NCBI GenBank assembly: GCA_039586795.1
Contig: JBDHJS010000001.1
Span: forward strand, 138,328-202,327
DNA length: 64,000 bases
Direction of reading: 5' to 3'
Source: Gemmatimonadota bacterium
GTDB lineage: Bacteria > Gemmatimonadota > Gemmatimonadetes > Palauibacterales > KS3-K002
Shown: positions 46,241-56,664 of the stretch, piece after piece
Layout of the letters: every line of letters starts with the position of its first letter
Numbering within the stretch: position 1 is the stretch's first letter
Made by a program: the position numbers and the translations under genes
The notes under the pieces: generated by a model
Told to the model about the DNA's origin: nothing
The model's database searches: none
The model's input: the letters and a program-made list of their open reading frames with translations, nothing else

Positions 46241-47121
46241 TGAAGCTCACTCGGCTCGACATGCACTACCACGTCGGCGAGCCCCAGCTCTCCCTCCAAC
46301 CGCCGCTCTACTTCGTCAGCAATAATGTGGGCTTCCCGAACGTGTGTATCCGGACGAACCCGGACGGTTAGTTCCGCGAACCCTTCCCCGGGTCGACCGC
46401 GGGATCGGATACCAAAAACGCCTTCCACTCCATCGACAGAGGACGCTAGGGCCTGAATCTGGGCCGGGTCAACGGCACGTTCATCGACGAGCACGGGGAT
46501 CGTCATCTTGAGGATCTCCCAGCCGCTGTAGGCGACGACGCCGGCAACCAGGATGGCGAGCAAAGCGTCGGCCTGCTCGAAGCCGATTCGCACGAGGCCA
46601 AGACCGCCCAGCACGGCGAGGGTCACCCAGACGTCGGCCCCTGTGTGGCGCGCGTCCGCCATGAGCAGCTCGCTGCCCAACTGTTTGCCGCGTCGTCGCT
46701 CGAAGATGGCGATCGCCAGGTTCACCGGGACCGTGGCCGCCAGTATGATCATGGCCAGCGTATCGACCTCTGGTGGCGGCGCGCCTCTCAACAGCCTGGT
46801 GATCGCCGTCTTCAACAACTCGTAGCATGTCACGGATAGGAGGCCAGCGATGACGACGGCTCCTAACGTCTCGAACTTGCCGTGACCATAGGGGTGGCGT
46901 TCATCAGGGGGCGCGGCAGCGAAGTAGACAGCCGCCAGGGCGATGAGGTTATTGAGCGCGTCGGTCCCCGAGTGGGCCGCATCGCCGAGTACGGAGATCG
47001 AGCCCGTCATCAGGCCGACGCCGATTTTTACCGCAACCAGAGCGGCGTTGGCGAAGAAGATCCAGACGAGGATCCTTCGCACTCGCTGTACCCGTACCTC
47101 GCCGCCGGCCACGGCCATCAT
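46237..47121 (-). CDS. Cation diffusion facilitator (FieF-like)
   Basis: DAAHS.TD, PPD.RHPYGHGKFE, ADARH..AD, AH.IAD.VE, VVHVEP. Confidence 0.94.
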   Translation of the reverse strand: MMAVAGGEVRVQRVRRILVWIFFANAALVAVKIGVGLMTGSISVLGDAAHSGTDALNNLIALAAVYFAAAPPDERHPYGHGKFETLGAVVIAGLLSVTCYELLKTAITRLLRGAPPPEVDTLAMIILAATVPVNLAIAIFERRRGKQLGSELLMADARHTGADVWVTLAVLGGLGLVRIGFEQADALLAILVAGVVAYSGWEILKMTIPVLVDERAVDPAQIQALASSVDGVEGVFGIRSRGRPGEGFAELTVRVRPDTHVREAHIIADEVERRLEGELGLADVVVHVEPSELH

Positions 47122-47651
47122 TTTCGTCGGCGGCTGAACAGCCAGCCGCGCTGGATCGTGCGTGGCTCCTCGACCGTCACGAAGGCGCTATCATCCCAGT
47201 GGCTCACCTCGTCGAGCACCTGTCGCAGCGCACGGCGCGGGACGACGGTCGAGATGATCTCGACCCGGCCTTCTCTGCCTCGGCCTAGCATCTCGGTCAC
47301 GCCAAAACCGAGAGCTCGAAGCGCTTCCGCGATCTCTATCCCAGTCTCGCGTGATACGATCCGAACATCGGCAAGGCCCAGCGCCAGCTTCTCTTCGATG
47401 GTCATCCCGACGAATGTGCCCGCCGCAAATCCCGCCGCATAGCCGATCACCAGCCAGACCGAGTCGAGATTGCGGACGACGGTGCCCACGGCGACTATCC
47501 AGATCAGGATCTCTACGAAACCGAGAGCTGTCGCGAGCAGTTTGCGTCCTCGGACTGCACTGATCAGTCGGAAGGTGGCGATGGAGACATCGCAGATGCG
47601 TAATAAGAAAATGAGAAGCGGACCTACCGGTCCTGCCAAAAGTAGCTCCAT
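47118..47651 (-). CDS. UPF0316 (DUF5698/DUF2179) membrane protein
   Basis: IF..RICDVSI.T.R, GF.E..IW, YA.GFA.G..VG..IEEKLALG. Confidence 0.9.
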   Translation of the reverse strand: MELLLAGPVGPLLIFLLRICDVSIATFRLISAVRGRKLLATALGFVEILIWIVAVGTVVRNLDSVWLVIGYAAGFAAGTFVGMTIEEKLALGLADVRIVSRETGIEIAEALRALGFGVTEMLGRGREGRVEIISTVVPRRALRQVLDEVSHWDDSAFVTVEEPRTIQRGWLFSRRRK

Positions 47652-47743
47652 TGCAGACTCGGTTCGAGCCGACTTGCGTCGGGCGTGTTCAGGTGCGAGC
47701 AATATGATTCTAACTCGAACGGCCTACAAGACGAAGTAGGGGG

Positions 47744-49330
47744 ATGAACACGACACGAAAGCGGCTTCTCGCCCGCGAGCTTCCGGCCGCCTCAGGGTCT
47801 GGAACGACGACCGGGGCCATTGACGTCGATCTGGCAGTCAGCCGTGTTCGACTGATTGCGATGGCGATGACCGTGGTTTCGGTATTCGAGCTCCTTCTCG
47901 GCGTCCTCATCTACAAAATCGCGCCTGAGTTCTACTACGGGGGAGCCGAGGCCGGTATTCCGCTGAGCTTCCTGATGATACCGTTTTCGCTCGTCATCAT
48001 CGCGCTGCTCTCGACCGAGCGAATCCCCAAGCCGGTCCGATTCGGCCTGGCCATCACCTACGTGCTGTCGATGGCCGTGCTGCTCTCGGCCGCTGAAGTC
48101 AGTACGGCTTGGTGGGTCGACGGTCGTCGGCACAGCGGCTTCCCTTGGGTGAGCGTTTGGATTCTGCTGGTTCTCATCGTCGTTTCCATCCCCTGGCGTA
48201 GAAACACGGGTCGCGCGCTCCTTCTGTCGGCCATCCCCCCGCTGACGCTGTTCAGCGGCATCAAGTGGTTCGGCGTACCTGAAGCTCCCGCCATCACCTA
48301 CCTCGATTTCACGATTCCCTGCGTCCTCACAGCGGCGCTCGGCGTAGTCATATCCCGCATGATGTATCGATTGAGAAGACAGGCGCAGGAAGCGGAACGG
48401 CTTGGCAGCTATACGCTCGAAGAACAAATCGGCAGTGGCGGCATGGGCGAGGTCTGGCGCGCCAGCCACCGTATGCTCGTGCGCCCCGCCGCGATCAAGC
48501 TGATTCGGCCGGAGAAGCTGAAAGAAGCGATGGGCGGAACGGCAATCGCGACAATCGATCGCTTCCACCTCGAAGCCCAGGCTACGGCCAGTCTTCGCTC
48601 ACCACACACCGTCGAGCTTTACGACTTCGGGGTTTCCGATGACGGGACCTTCCATTACGTCATGGAGCTGTTGGATGGGCTCGACCTCGAGAAGCTTGTC
48701 AAACGATTCGGCCCGCTGCAGCCGGGTCGGGCCGCCTTCCTACTGGAGCAGGCCTGCGACTCACTGGCCGATGCCCACGCGAACGGTCTCATCCACCGCG
48801 ACATCAAGCCGGCTAACCTCTATGCATGCCGCGTCGGACTGCAAACCGACTTCGTGAAGATACTCGACTTTGGCCTGGTCAAATGGACCGATACGGGCGG
48901 CGAGAGCCTCGCGCTGACTGCTGAGCAGGCCGTGATGGGGACGCCAGCGTTCCTGGCACCGGAAGTGGTCGCCGGCGAGCCCGCTGATCACCGTGCGGAT
49001 ATCTACAGCTTGGGCTGCGTTGGCTATTGGCTGGTTACCGGGCAGCTCCTCTATGAAGCGGAGGGCGCGCTGGCCATGGCCGTCGCCCACCTCAATAATG
49101 AGCCCGTACCGCCATCCGAACGATCGGAGGTTGAGATACCTGAGGAGTTCGAGGACATCATCATGGACTGTCTGGCCAAAGACCCCGCGGATCGACCTCA
49201 GACCGCAGCCGAGTTGGGTGCCCGCCTGTCCAGATGCGAATGTCGCGACTGGACGAGAAGCGACGCCCGCGAATGGTGGGACACTCACCTTCCAGCTGAC
49301 CAGATGCTCTGGCGTGATGAAACCGGGTGA
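47744..49330 (+). CDS. Membrane-anchored Hanks-type Ser/Thr protein kinase
   Basis: N-terminal TM helices; IGSGGMGEVW, AIK, HRDIKPAN, DFGL, GTP.F.APE. Confidence 0.95.
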   Translation: MNTTRKRLLARELPAASGSGTTTGAIDVDLAVSRVRLIAMAMTVVSVFELLLGVLIYKIAPEFYYGGAEAGIPLSFLMIPFSLVIIALLSTERIPKPVRFGLAITYVLSMAVLLSAAEVSTAWWVDGRRHSGFPWVSVWILLVLIVVSIPWRRNTGRALLLSAIPPLTLFSGIKWFGVPEAPAITYLDFTIPCVLTAALGVVISRMMYRLRRQAQEAERLGSYTLEEQIGSGGMGEVWRASHRMLVRPAAIKLIRPEKLKEAMGGTAIATIDRFHLEAQATASLRSPHTVELYDFGVSDDGTFHYVMELLDGLDLEKLVKRFGPLQPGRAAFLLEQACDSLADAHANGLIHRDIKPANLYACRVGLQTDFVKILDFGLVKWTDTGGESLALTAEQAVMGTPAFLAPEVVAGEPADHRADIYSLGCVGYWLVTGQLLYEAEGALAMAVAHLNNEPVPPSERSEVEIPEEFEDIIMDCLAKDPADRPQTAAELGARLSRCECRDWTRSDAREWWDTHLPADQMLWRDETG

Positions 49331-51032
49331 GCAGCTGAGCTTCGAGCTTCGCTCAATCGATGGGGCGGGCTACGGCGCCTACAAACGCCTCGCCGGCGCC
49401 TACGACTTTCAAGATTTCACTCTACACATCGACTACGTGCAGGGCGACCCGTTCGCGACGCCCAGCCGCCTGCGCGCAGTCTTCTCATCAGACGTCGCAT
49501 CCTTACCCGGTGATCTCATCAGTCACGATGTGCGCCGTGTCGCCGCCGCTGACTTCTTGAACCGACAACTGTCGACGGCGTTGTCCGGCGTGAGCAGGTC
49601 CCGCGGTACAGGTAAGAGCGGCATCGTTTGCATCCTGCGGCCGGGCCAATGCATCCTCGAGCGCACCAGTCTGCAGGTCACGGCGAGCGGTGATGTGATC
49701 GCGCGCTTCACAGCCGGCCTGCCGGCGAGCGGCCGACGCATCTTGGGGCGTCAGGCCGACGAGATGGTGACATCGGCCATCCCGGGGGCTCTGCGCGACA
49801 TCCTGGCCCCGGCTCTTGGGGATATCGACGCGATGCATCGCCACGCCGAACTGGCCGAGGACTCGGCTGCGCTCCGGAAACAACTCGACGGTCGCGGACT
49901 CGTCGCTTTCATTCGTGACGGAGCCATCTTGCCTCGTCTGAGCGGAGTGGACGATCGGCCGTTGCCGAGCGCCGATGCCATAGCCTTCCAGTCCCCGGAC
50001 GACCTACGCGTCACGCTCAACACACCCAATCAGGGCGAGGTCCGTGGGCTGGGACTCCCGCGCGGGATCACGCTGATCGTCGGCGGAGGCTACCACGGGA
50101 AATCCACACTGCTCCGCGCCATCGAGTACGGCATCTACGAGCACATTGAAGGCGACGGGCGTGAGCTGTGCGTGACGACCGCAGACGCCGTGAAGATACG
50201 AGCGGAAGACGGGCGCTCCGTGGCCTCGGTGGACATCTCGAATTTCATCAGCGGGCTGCCGCGCGGCGAAGATACCGCTCACTTCACCACTCCCAACGCC
50301 AGCGGCTCCACCAGCCAGGCGGCGGCGATCTGCGAAGCGCTCGAGGTTGGTGCCCGATGCCTGCTCATCGATGAGGATACGAGCGCGACGAACTTCATGA
50401 TCCGAGACGCTCGCATGCAGGCACTAATACATGACGCGGATGAGCCGATCACGCCGTTCATCGGCCGTGCCCGACAGATGTACGAGGAGCTCGGCGTCTC
50501 GACGGTTCTGGTGGTAGGCGGCGCCGGCGACTACTTCGATGTCGCGGACACCGTGATCGGAATGCGCGCCTACGTTCCGCAAAACCTAACGGCTGGAGCT
50601 GCCGACATCGCGGCGCGCCTCCGCACCGATCGCATCCACGAAGGCGGCCCCTGGTCAACGCTGCGACCGCGCTACCCGGATCCTTCGAGCATCAAGACGC
50701 AGAAGGGCAGAAAACCGGTGTCGATCAAGGTACAGACGCCGACGCGCGTCCTGTTCGGCACGGAGGAGCTGGACCTGGCAGCGCTTGAACAACTCGTGGA
50801 GGATGCGCAGGTCCGGGCCATTGCCCAGGCCATCGCTCACGCCATCGGCCGTCATATAGATGGACGCCGTACGTTTCGGGAATCGCTGGAGAGCTTGATG
50901 GTGAGTATCAGAGAGGACGGTCTCGACGCCATCGATGCGAGGCAGGTCGGCGATCACGCCGAGTTTCGCGTCTACGAGTTGGCGGCTGCGCTGGGCAGGC
51001 TCAGGTCTTTAAGAGTGAGATCGGCTCCCTAG
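49317..51032 (+). CDS. ABC-ATPase domain-containing protein (predicted ATPase of the ABC class)
   Basis: VQGDPFA.PS, GGGYHGKSTLL, KIRAEDGR, ASGSTSQA, LIDEDTSATNFMIRD. Confidence 0.9.
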   Translation: MKPGEQLSFELRSIDGAGYGAYKRLAGAYDFQDFTLHIDYVQGDPFATPSRLRAVFSSDVASLPGDLISHDVRRVAAADFLNRQLSTALSGVSRSRGTGKSGIVCILRPGQCILERTSLQVTASGDVIARFTAGLPASGRRILGRQADEMVTSAIPGALRDILAPALGDIDAMHRHAELAEDSAALRKQLDGRGLVAFIRDGAILPRLSGVDDRPLPSADAIAFQSPDDLRVTLNTPNQGEVRGLGLPRGITLIVGGGYHGKSTLLRAIEYGIYEHIEGDGRELCVTTADAVKIRAEDGRSVASVDISNFISGLPRGEDTAHFTTPNASGSTSQAAAICEALEVGARCLLIDEDTSATNFMIRDARMQALIHDADEPITPFIGRARQMYEELGVSTVLVVGGAGDYFDVADTVIGMRAYVPQNLTAGAADIAARLRTDRIHEGGPWSTLRPRYPDPSSIKTQKGRKPVSIKVQTPTRVLFGTEELDLAALEQLVEDAQVRAIAQAIAHAIGRHIDGRRTFRESLESLMVSIREDGLDAIDARQVGDHAEFRVYELAAALGRLRSLRVRSAP

Positions 51033-51304
51033 CGGCGCCCCAAACGCACTACGGGGCGCTTCTCTTCCTTATCCTCCTCGCCTTCCTTCCTGGGGACCAT
51101 CAGCCGGCCCGTATCCCAGCCGCGAGACGGCGCTCCGCCCCGGAAGAACATCCGGTTTATCCACGTCGCCCGTAGCCGGTCTTCCGACTGCCACTGCGTC
51201 GGCTTCTTGGGGCCATTGGCACCGGGCATGCCGAGCCCGATCCAGATGCCCAAAGCGAACACGAGGACCGCGCCCGCAATCTTCGCAATCAGAATGATGT
51301 CCAT
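51029..51304 (-). CDS. Small hypothetical membrane protein
   Basis: Single N-terminal TM helix; fills the gap between genes. Confidence 0.6.
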   Translation of the reverse strand: MDIILIAKIAGAVLVFALGIWIGLGMPGANGPKKPTQWQSEDRLRATWINRMFFRGGAPSRGWDTGRLMVPRKEGEEDKEEKRPVVRLGRR

Positions 51305-51360
51305 AGTTCTGATTACAAAGCTATGCAGGCGCCGGTTCCATCGGAAGGCATACGGGCAGC

Positions 51361-54060
51361 CTACTCCGAGCGCAGCGCCGCAATAGGATCGATGCGAGCC
51401 GCCCGCGACGCGGGCAGCGCGGCGGCTACCACAGAGACCAATAGCAACGTCAGACCAACGCCTATAAGCACCAACGGGTCACGCGGCGATGTCTCATACA
51501 GAACCGGCTGCAGTGTACCCGCCGCAACGAAAGCGATAGCCAGGCCGATCGCCAGGCCAATCGCAGTGAGACTCAACGCCTGCCGCATAACCAGCTTCAC
51601 GATTCCACCGCTTGAAGCGCCCAACGCCGTGCGCACGCCGATCTCGTGGGTGCGCTGGGCGATGTTGAATGCGAGCACGCTGAACAGACCGAGCCCCGCC
51701 ACCAACAAGGCGAGCAGCCCGAAGACGGTGAACATCGTGGCGCCCAGTCGAAAGTACCGGAGCTTCGGGTCGATGATATCCTGCAGCGGCGCGACCACGG
51801 CGTACCTGACAGCTTCGTCATCGGCCATCAGCTCGCGCCGCACCATGGCGGCCAGCTGATTCTGGTCGCCGGTACCTCGAACGAAGAGTGCGACGGGCCA
51901 AAGATCATTGGCCTGGGTGAGGGGAATGAAGTAGACCCACTCCTGCCGCAGAAGATTGTGATGGCGACGGTTGGCGACCACACCCACGACGTACGTGCAC
52001 TCCGCGTTGTCCGAGCCGATTTGCAGGCATTTGCCCAACGGATCTTCGTCACCCCATAGCCCGCGAGCCATCGCTTCGTTGACCACAGCCACCCTCATCG
52101 AACCCGCATAATCGGCTTCGCTGAAGTCGCGACCGCGCAGTACCGCCGACCCCATCGTCGCGAAATAGTCCGGCCACACCGCATCGATAAACGGGCCGGG
52201 TCGGGCCACCGAAGGCAGCGAATCGAAACCCGGCACGTACAGATCGGCGATCGATCCCCACATGAACGGGATGCCGCCACCAACGCTGGCTCTCTCTACT
52301 GCCGGCATCGCCCGCAGACGCTCCAAGCCCCGCTCATGGATGCGGTTCACTTCCTCCCTGGCGGGATCGCCAGCCTTGAGCTCGAGCCTCGCCACCAAGA
52401 CGCCGTCCGGTACGAGACCCAAGTCGATCGATTCCGCACGCTGAAGACTTCGTACGACGAGTCCGGCACCGACCAGCAACACGACCGACAGCGCCCCCTG
52501 GGCAACGAGCAACGCCAATCGTGTTCCCGAGCGGCGTGCACGACCCTCTCGCGCGCCCTCTTTAAGCTCGGACGTCAGACTTGGTCGGCTGGCCTGCAAC
52601 GCCGGGACCAATCCCGCCATCAATCCTGTGAGCAGCGCCAGCGCCGTGGTGAACACCAGCACCCGCGAATCGACCGGTGAATCGACCCAGGCGACATCTG
52701 GCAGCAGAACGGTCCGCACGACCTCGCCGCCCCACCACGCGATCAATAGGGCGGCAGCGCCTCCGAACATGGCCAGCATCACGCTGTCGGTCAGCAGCTC
52801 GCCGATCAGGCGACGGCGCGAGATCCCCAGCGCTAGACGAACCGCGATCTCTTTCTTGCGACGCGCGGCTCGTGCGAGCAGCAGGTTCGCCACATTGGCG
52901 CACGCGATCAGCAGCACGACGAGTGAGACGCCCGCCAACCACCGCGAGACGATGGATTCCTGCGACGCCTGCGGACCCCGCGCCGTCTGGATCGGGCTCA
53001 CCGCGATCCTGGCATCACCCCTGCCGTATCGTCCCGCATCGATCACCTCCGCTCGGCCTGCTCGATGAAGGTGCGTCGCCTCCGCCGCAGCGGCGGCGAG
53101 ATCGACGCCGCTGTTCAGCCGAGCGATGATATGCAGCCAGTACGATGTGCGGCGGTCTCTGCGGTTATCGCTTCCCGCTTCGACGAAGAACGCTTCAAGT
53201 GGCAGCCATACGTCGACGGCATCGAGCTCCAATCCCGTGAAGCCCTCCGGCGCCACGCCGATAACCGTATAGCTCCCCCTCCCACAATCGAGCGCGCGGC
53301 CCAGAACGGAGGCGTCGCCACCGAACTGTCGTTGCCAGTAGCCGTAGCTGAGGACCGCGACCTGAGACTGGCCAGGCTGGTCCTCCGCCGGGCCATAGAA
53401 CCGGCCCAGCTGAGGCTGAACGCCCAGAAGCTGGAAGAACGTTCCGCTGGCCAGCCCGACGCTTACACGCGCGGCACCATCGCCGCGACCAATCGTCCAC
53501 TCGTCCTGGCTGTAAGCCGCTACTGACGCGAAGCTCTCCGCCGCTTGCCAATCCGTGAAGTCGGGGTACGACAGATACGTGAAATCGAACGCCTCTCCAC
53601 TGTTCCAATGGCCATGCGCTGACAAACGCCGCACCTGACCCGCATCCGCCACGTGGGCTGGCGGTTGGAGAAGCAGGCGGTCGATGATGCCGAACATCGT
53701 GGCATTTGCGCCGATCCCCAGTGCCAGCGTAGCGATAACCGCAATTGTGAATCCAGGCGATCGACCCATTCCGCGTAGCGAGTAGCCCACATTCTGCCGG
53801 AACACGAACAGCGACTCGGTCAACCGATCCATGTTGACCTTCTTGCGATCCGTTCGCTCCAACGTCTTCCGGTATCGCCGAACATCGCCGAACCGGCGGT
53901 ACGCTTCGGTGCGGGCCGCAGCCGAAGTCATCCCCTGCGACTCGAGTTCCTCGATCGTCATCTGGAAATGAAAGTCGAGTTCCTCTTCCACATCCGTCTT
54001 CACGTCACGACGTATCCCGGCAACGCGGAAGACTCGGCGCAGCCCGTCGAACGTGCTCAT
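51361..54060 (-). CDS. ADOP-type duplicated ABC permease (MacB_PCD/FtsX x2)
   Basis: EEL.FH prefix domain, LALGIGANA.MF, LLIACANVANLLLAR, QRTHEIGVR.ALGA, IDP..ALRSE. Confidence 0.94.
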   Translation of the reverse strand: MSTFDGLRRVFRVAGIRRDVKTDVEEELDFHFQMTIEELESQGMTSAAARTEAYRRFGDVRRYRKTLERTDRKKVNMDRLTESLFVFRQNVGYSLRGMGRSPGFTIAVIATLALGIGANATMFGIIDRLLLQPPAHVADAGQVRRLSAHGHWNSGEAFDFTYLSYPDFTDWQAAESFASVAAYSQDEWTIGRGDGAARVSVGLASGTFFQLLGVQPQLGRFYGPAEDQPGQSQVAVLSYGYWQRQFGGDASVLGRALDCGRGSYTVIGVAPEGFTGLELDAVDVWLPLEAFFVEAGSDNRRDRRTSYWLHIIARLNSGVDLAAAAAEATHLHRAGRAEVIDAGRYGRGDARIAVSPIQTARGPQASQESIVSRWLAGVSLVVLLIACANVANLLLARAARRKKEIAVRLALGISRRRLIGELLTDSVMLAMFGGAAALLIAWWGGEVVRTVLLPDVAWVDSPVDSRVLVFTTALALLTGLMAGLVPALQASRPSLTSELKEGAREGRARRSGTRLALLVAQGALSVVLLVGAGLVVRSLQRAESIDLGLVPDGVLVARLELKAGDPAREEVNRIHERGLERLRAMPAVERASVGGGIPFMWGSIADLYVPGFDSLPSVARPGPFIDAVWPDYFATMGSAVLRGRDFSEADYAGSMRVAVVNEAMARGLWGDEDPLGKCLQIGSDNAECTYVVGVVANRRHHNLLRQEWVYFIPLTQANDLWPVALFVRGTGDQNQLAAMVRRELMADDEAVRYAVVAPLQDIIDPKLRYFRLGATMFTVFGLLALLVAGLGLFSVLAFNIAQRTHEIGVRTALGASSGGIVKLVMRQALSLTAIGLAIGLAIAFVAAGTLQPVLYETSPRDPLVLIGVGLTLLLVSVVAAALPASRAARIDPIAALRSE

Positions 54061-54407
54061 GCCGTTGCCTCCGATCCCGCGGCGCCGAGGATCTTGAACA
54101 CCGCTTCCGCGTAGCGCGTCCACGTCTTCTCGCTGGCCGCAAGCTCTCTCTGGCCCGCCTTTGTCAGTCCGTAGAACTTCGCGCGCCGGTTGTTCTCCGA
54201 TACACCCCATTCCGCTTCAATGAATCCGCGCTTCTCCATCCGGTGCAACGACGTGTAAAGCGCCCCTTCTTCGATTTGTAGCGCGGCGTCCGACGTGTCT
54301 CGGATCCAGCGTGCCACGGCGTATCCATGTCGCGGCCCGAAGATCAACGACTTGAGGACCAACAAGTCCAAAGTCCCCTGCAAGAGCTTTAGCTCATCTT
54401 GTCCCAT
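54057..54407 (-). CDS. PadR family transcriptional regulator
   Basis: LLQGTLDLLVLK, HGY, EGALY..LHR.E, WG.SENNRRAK.Y. Confidence 0.95.
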   Translation of the reverse strand: MGQDELKLLQGTLDLLVLKSLIFGPRHGYAVARWIRDTSDAALQIEEGALYTSLHRMEKRGFIEAEWGVSENNRRAKFYGLTKAGQRELAASEKTWTRYAEAVFKILGAAGSEATA

Positions 54408-54555
54408 GTTCCCCTCAAATGTTTATCCCTCAATTGTTGATGGGAAAATACGACAGAACTCCACCGCGGTCAAGCATCAGTGATTGGGGCTGGAGATTTG
54501 GGCTTTGAGCGTTTGGTATTGGAGCCGTTGAGGATTTGCCGGTCTCGGGGGACTT

Positions 54556-55797
54556 CTAGCGAACCTCCACCGTATCCTCGAAGATCGAGAATACGCTCTC
54601 CTGAGCCTGCCTGTGCGCATCGCTTATCAGGGTTCGGGACGTGTCGCTCAGGGCCGCGCCGAGCATTCCGCGGAACACGCGCTCGTAGAACGCATCAGGA
54701 TAGACGATGACGCTACCCCGGGCGTAGCTAGCGCCGTCGGCGGTACTCGCCATGACCATCAAACTGCTGTCGGGCGCCAGGCGCGTGTCTGACAGCTCGA
54801 TCCATACCCCGCCCCGAGCTTCCACGCTCCGCTTGATCCAGGCCTCGGCGGTCGCGCCTGGGATCGGTCTTCGGTCTCCATCGAGCATCTCTACCGTTAC
54901 GAGCACTTCCGGGGTCACGTAGGTCGGAAAGCGGTGGCCGGTGCCCGTATTGGTGACACGAAGCGAGATGTCGTCCGAGCCGCGCATCCATTCCACGGTC
55001 ACACCGCTTGCGACCATCGTGGAGTCGTGAACGCCGCGCCAAAGATGTCGGCGGTCCGGCATGTGACAGGTTTGACAGATGATACCCTGGGAGGCGTAGC
55101 GACTCCCTCGCCACTCTTCATAGGTGTTCTGCAGCGACTTTCCATTGGGCGCCGGGAACGCGAACTGATGACAACCCGAGCAGAAGCGCGAGTCTTCGAA
55201 GAACGTGGTGCGAGTCGCTCCGCCGTGGGGCGAGCCATCGGGCGCCGGGTCCAGCGAACCGTCGCGGCGCGGCGGACCGTAGCGTTGCCATCCGCGCAGG
55301 TGACAGGCGGCGCATACGATGCCCTGCCGCTGGAGCGGCTTATCGAAGTGCGGGTTCGAAACCAGCGCGCCGGCACTATCGGGCACTAACGCAGACTGTT
55401 CGGAAAGGGGTGCGTGGCAAACCAGGCACGCGCGAACCTGGTCGTACGTACCGAAGTTCACCAGCTGTCCTGATAGACCCGGAGAGTACGCGCCGGAGTG
55501 AAGCGTCGTCCCCCAATCCTGGAACTGCTGGGGGTGGCAGGTCCCGCACGTTTCGGGCTGCAGCGATGTCTCCAGCGGGTTGAGTCCTTCGGGCGGCGCT
55601 CCCTGCAGCGGGATAGGGCGGTCCCAGTAATGAGCGACGAAGTCGCTGCTATCGGCGAACGACCGCCCCTCAACCGGAACGGAATCGGCCGAATCGTCGG
55701 AACACGCGGCCGCCACTCCAATGATCACCGCAACAAAGGTGAGCCCGGCCGAGATCGACCGGGCTCTTCTGTCTATGCGTCCTGGTGACGCCATCAC
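54556..55797 (-). CDS. Pentaheme cytochrome c lipoprotein (c554-like N-terminal motif)
   Basis: Lipobox AAA-C; CGTCH...W..T.H, CLVCH, CAACH, CSGCH, CQTCH; V.N.GTGH.FPT. Confidence 0.85.
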   Translation of the reverse strand: MMASPGRIDRRARSISAGLTFVAVIIGVAAACSDDSADSVPVEGRSFADSSDFVAHYWDRPIPLQGAPPEGLNPLETSLQPETCGTCHPQQFQDWGTTLHSGAYSPGLSGQLVNFGTYDQVRACLVCHAPLSEQSALVPDSAGALVSNPHFDKPLQRQGIVCAACHLRGWQRYGPPRRDGSLDPAPDGSPHGGATRTTFFEDSRFCSGCHQFAFPAPNGKSLQNTYEEWRGSRYASQGIICQTCHMPDRRHLWRGVHDSTMVASGVTVEWMRGSDDISLRVTNTGTGHRFPTYVTPEVLVTVEMLDGDRRPIPGATAEAWIKRSVEARGGVWIELSDTRLAPDSSLMVMASTADGASYARGSVIVYPDAFYERVFRGMLGAALSDTSRTLISDAHRQAQESVFSIFEDTVEVR

Positions 55798-55818
55798 AGA
55801 TGTGACCTCGCTCGAGAG

Positions 55819-56442
55819 CTAGTTTCCTCCGCCGCCCCCGCACGGGTTACAGGGATTGGCCCCGGCGCACGGGTTGCACGGGTTCATCGCGCATGGGTTA
55901 CACGGATTGGCCGCATAACCATCCTGCAGCGATTCCACGTATGACGTCAAGGCCGCCAGCTCGACGGAATTCCACTCGAGCGGCTCGTTCTCCATCGGGA
56001 TCACCATGCAAAGCTGTACCATCTCAGCCGCGGTGACCTCGTCCATGCCGGCGCGCTCGTGCGCCATCGCAACGTAGTGCGGGTAAGGCTCGGCGAAGCT
56101 CGCATTCATCATGCCGGTGCCGTTCACATGACAGGTCGAGCACGAGGTGGCGCCGGACGAGCTCAGAGACTTGTCGCTCCAAAGCGTCTCTCCCATCGCG
56201 ACGAGCTCGCCGCTCGAGTGGCCACCGCTGTTCAACTCGCGGTCACCCTGCGTCACCTTTTCGCCTAGCGACTTCACTGCACACGGGTTGCACGGGTTGG
56301 CCGCCGCGCAAGGATTGCACGGGTTGGCCGCCATGCACGGATTCGAGGCGGCCGACTGCGTCTCCTGCTCCCCGCCGCTACACGCGGCTAAGAGGAACAC
56401 GGACGCGGCGATCAGCCAGCCGCTGTTCTGGGCTTTCAACAT
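55819..56442 (-). CDS. Monoheme cytochrome c lipoprotein (TsdA/SoxA-like domain) with N- and C-terminal Asn-Pro-Cys repeats
   Basis: Lipobox LAA-C; CSTCH; YPHY..MA...VT..EMVQLCM..PM...L...S.EL.AL..YV; 11 NPC triplets; AAGGAGG RBS. Confidence 0.8.
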   Translation of the reverse strand: MLKAQNSGWLIAASVFLLAACSGGEQETQSAASNPCMAANPCNPCAAANPCNPCAVKSLGEKVTQGDRELNSGGHSSGELVAMGETLWSDKSLSSSGATSCSTCHVNGTGMMNASFAEPYPHYVAMAHERAGMDEVTAAEMVQLCMVIPMENEPLEWNSVELAALTSYVESLQDGYAANPCNPCAMNPCNPCAGANPCNPCGGGGGN

Positions 56443-56664
56443 ACTGCCTCCTTCGCGATGTGGGTGGACTGGAGATCGTGATCCAGGGGCCAGACCGTCC
56501 CTCCAAGCGCCTGCACGCCACCTGGCGCACACACGGCGAAGGGGCTGATAGGCTGCGGTCGGTTGGGGCCACGCCGAGGATCTCGCAACACCGATCATTC
56601 TGAGGCACAGAACCGTAGGGGTAGGGCTGCGGTTCCCAAGCTATTTCAACGTTGAGAACAGACG

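Noticed and set aside
56443..56664. Riboswitch (e.g. preQ1) or ncRNA near queD
   Set aside because: Region lies downstream of the que genes and has no recognisable consensus; only a short hairpin (~56612-56636)
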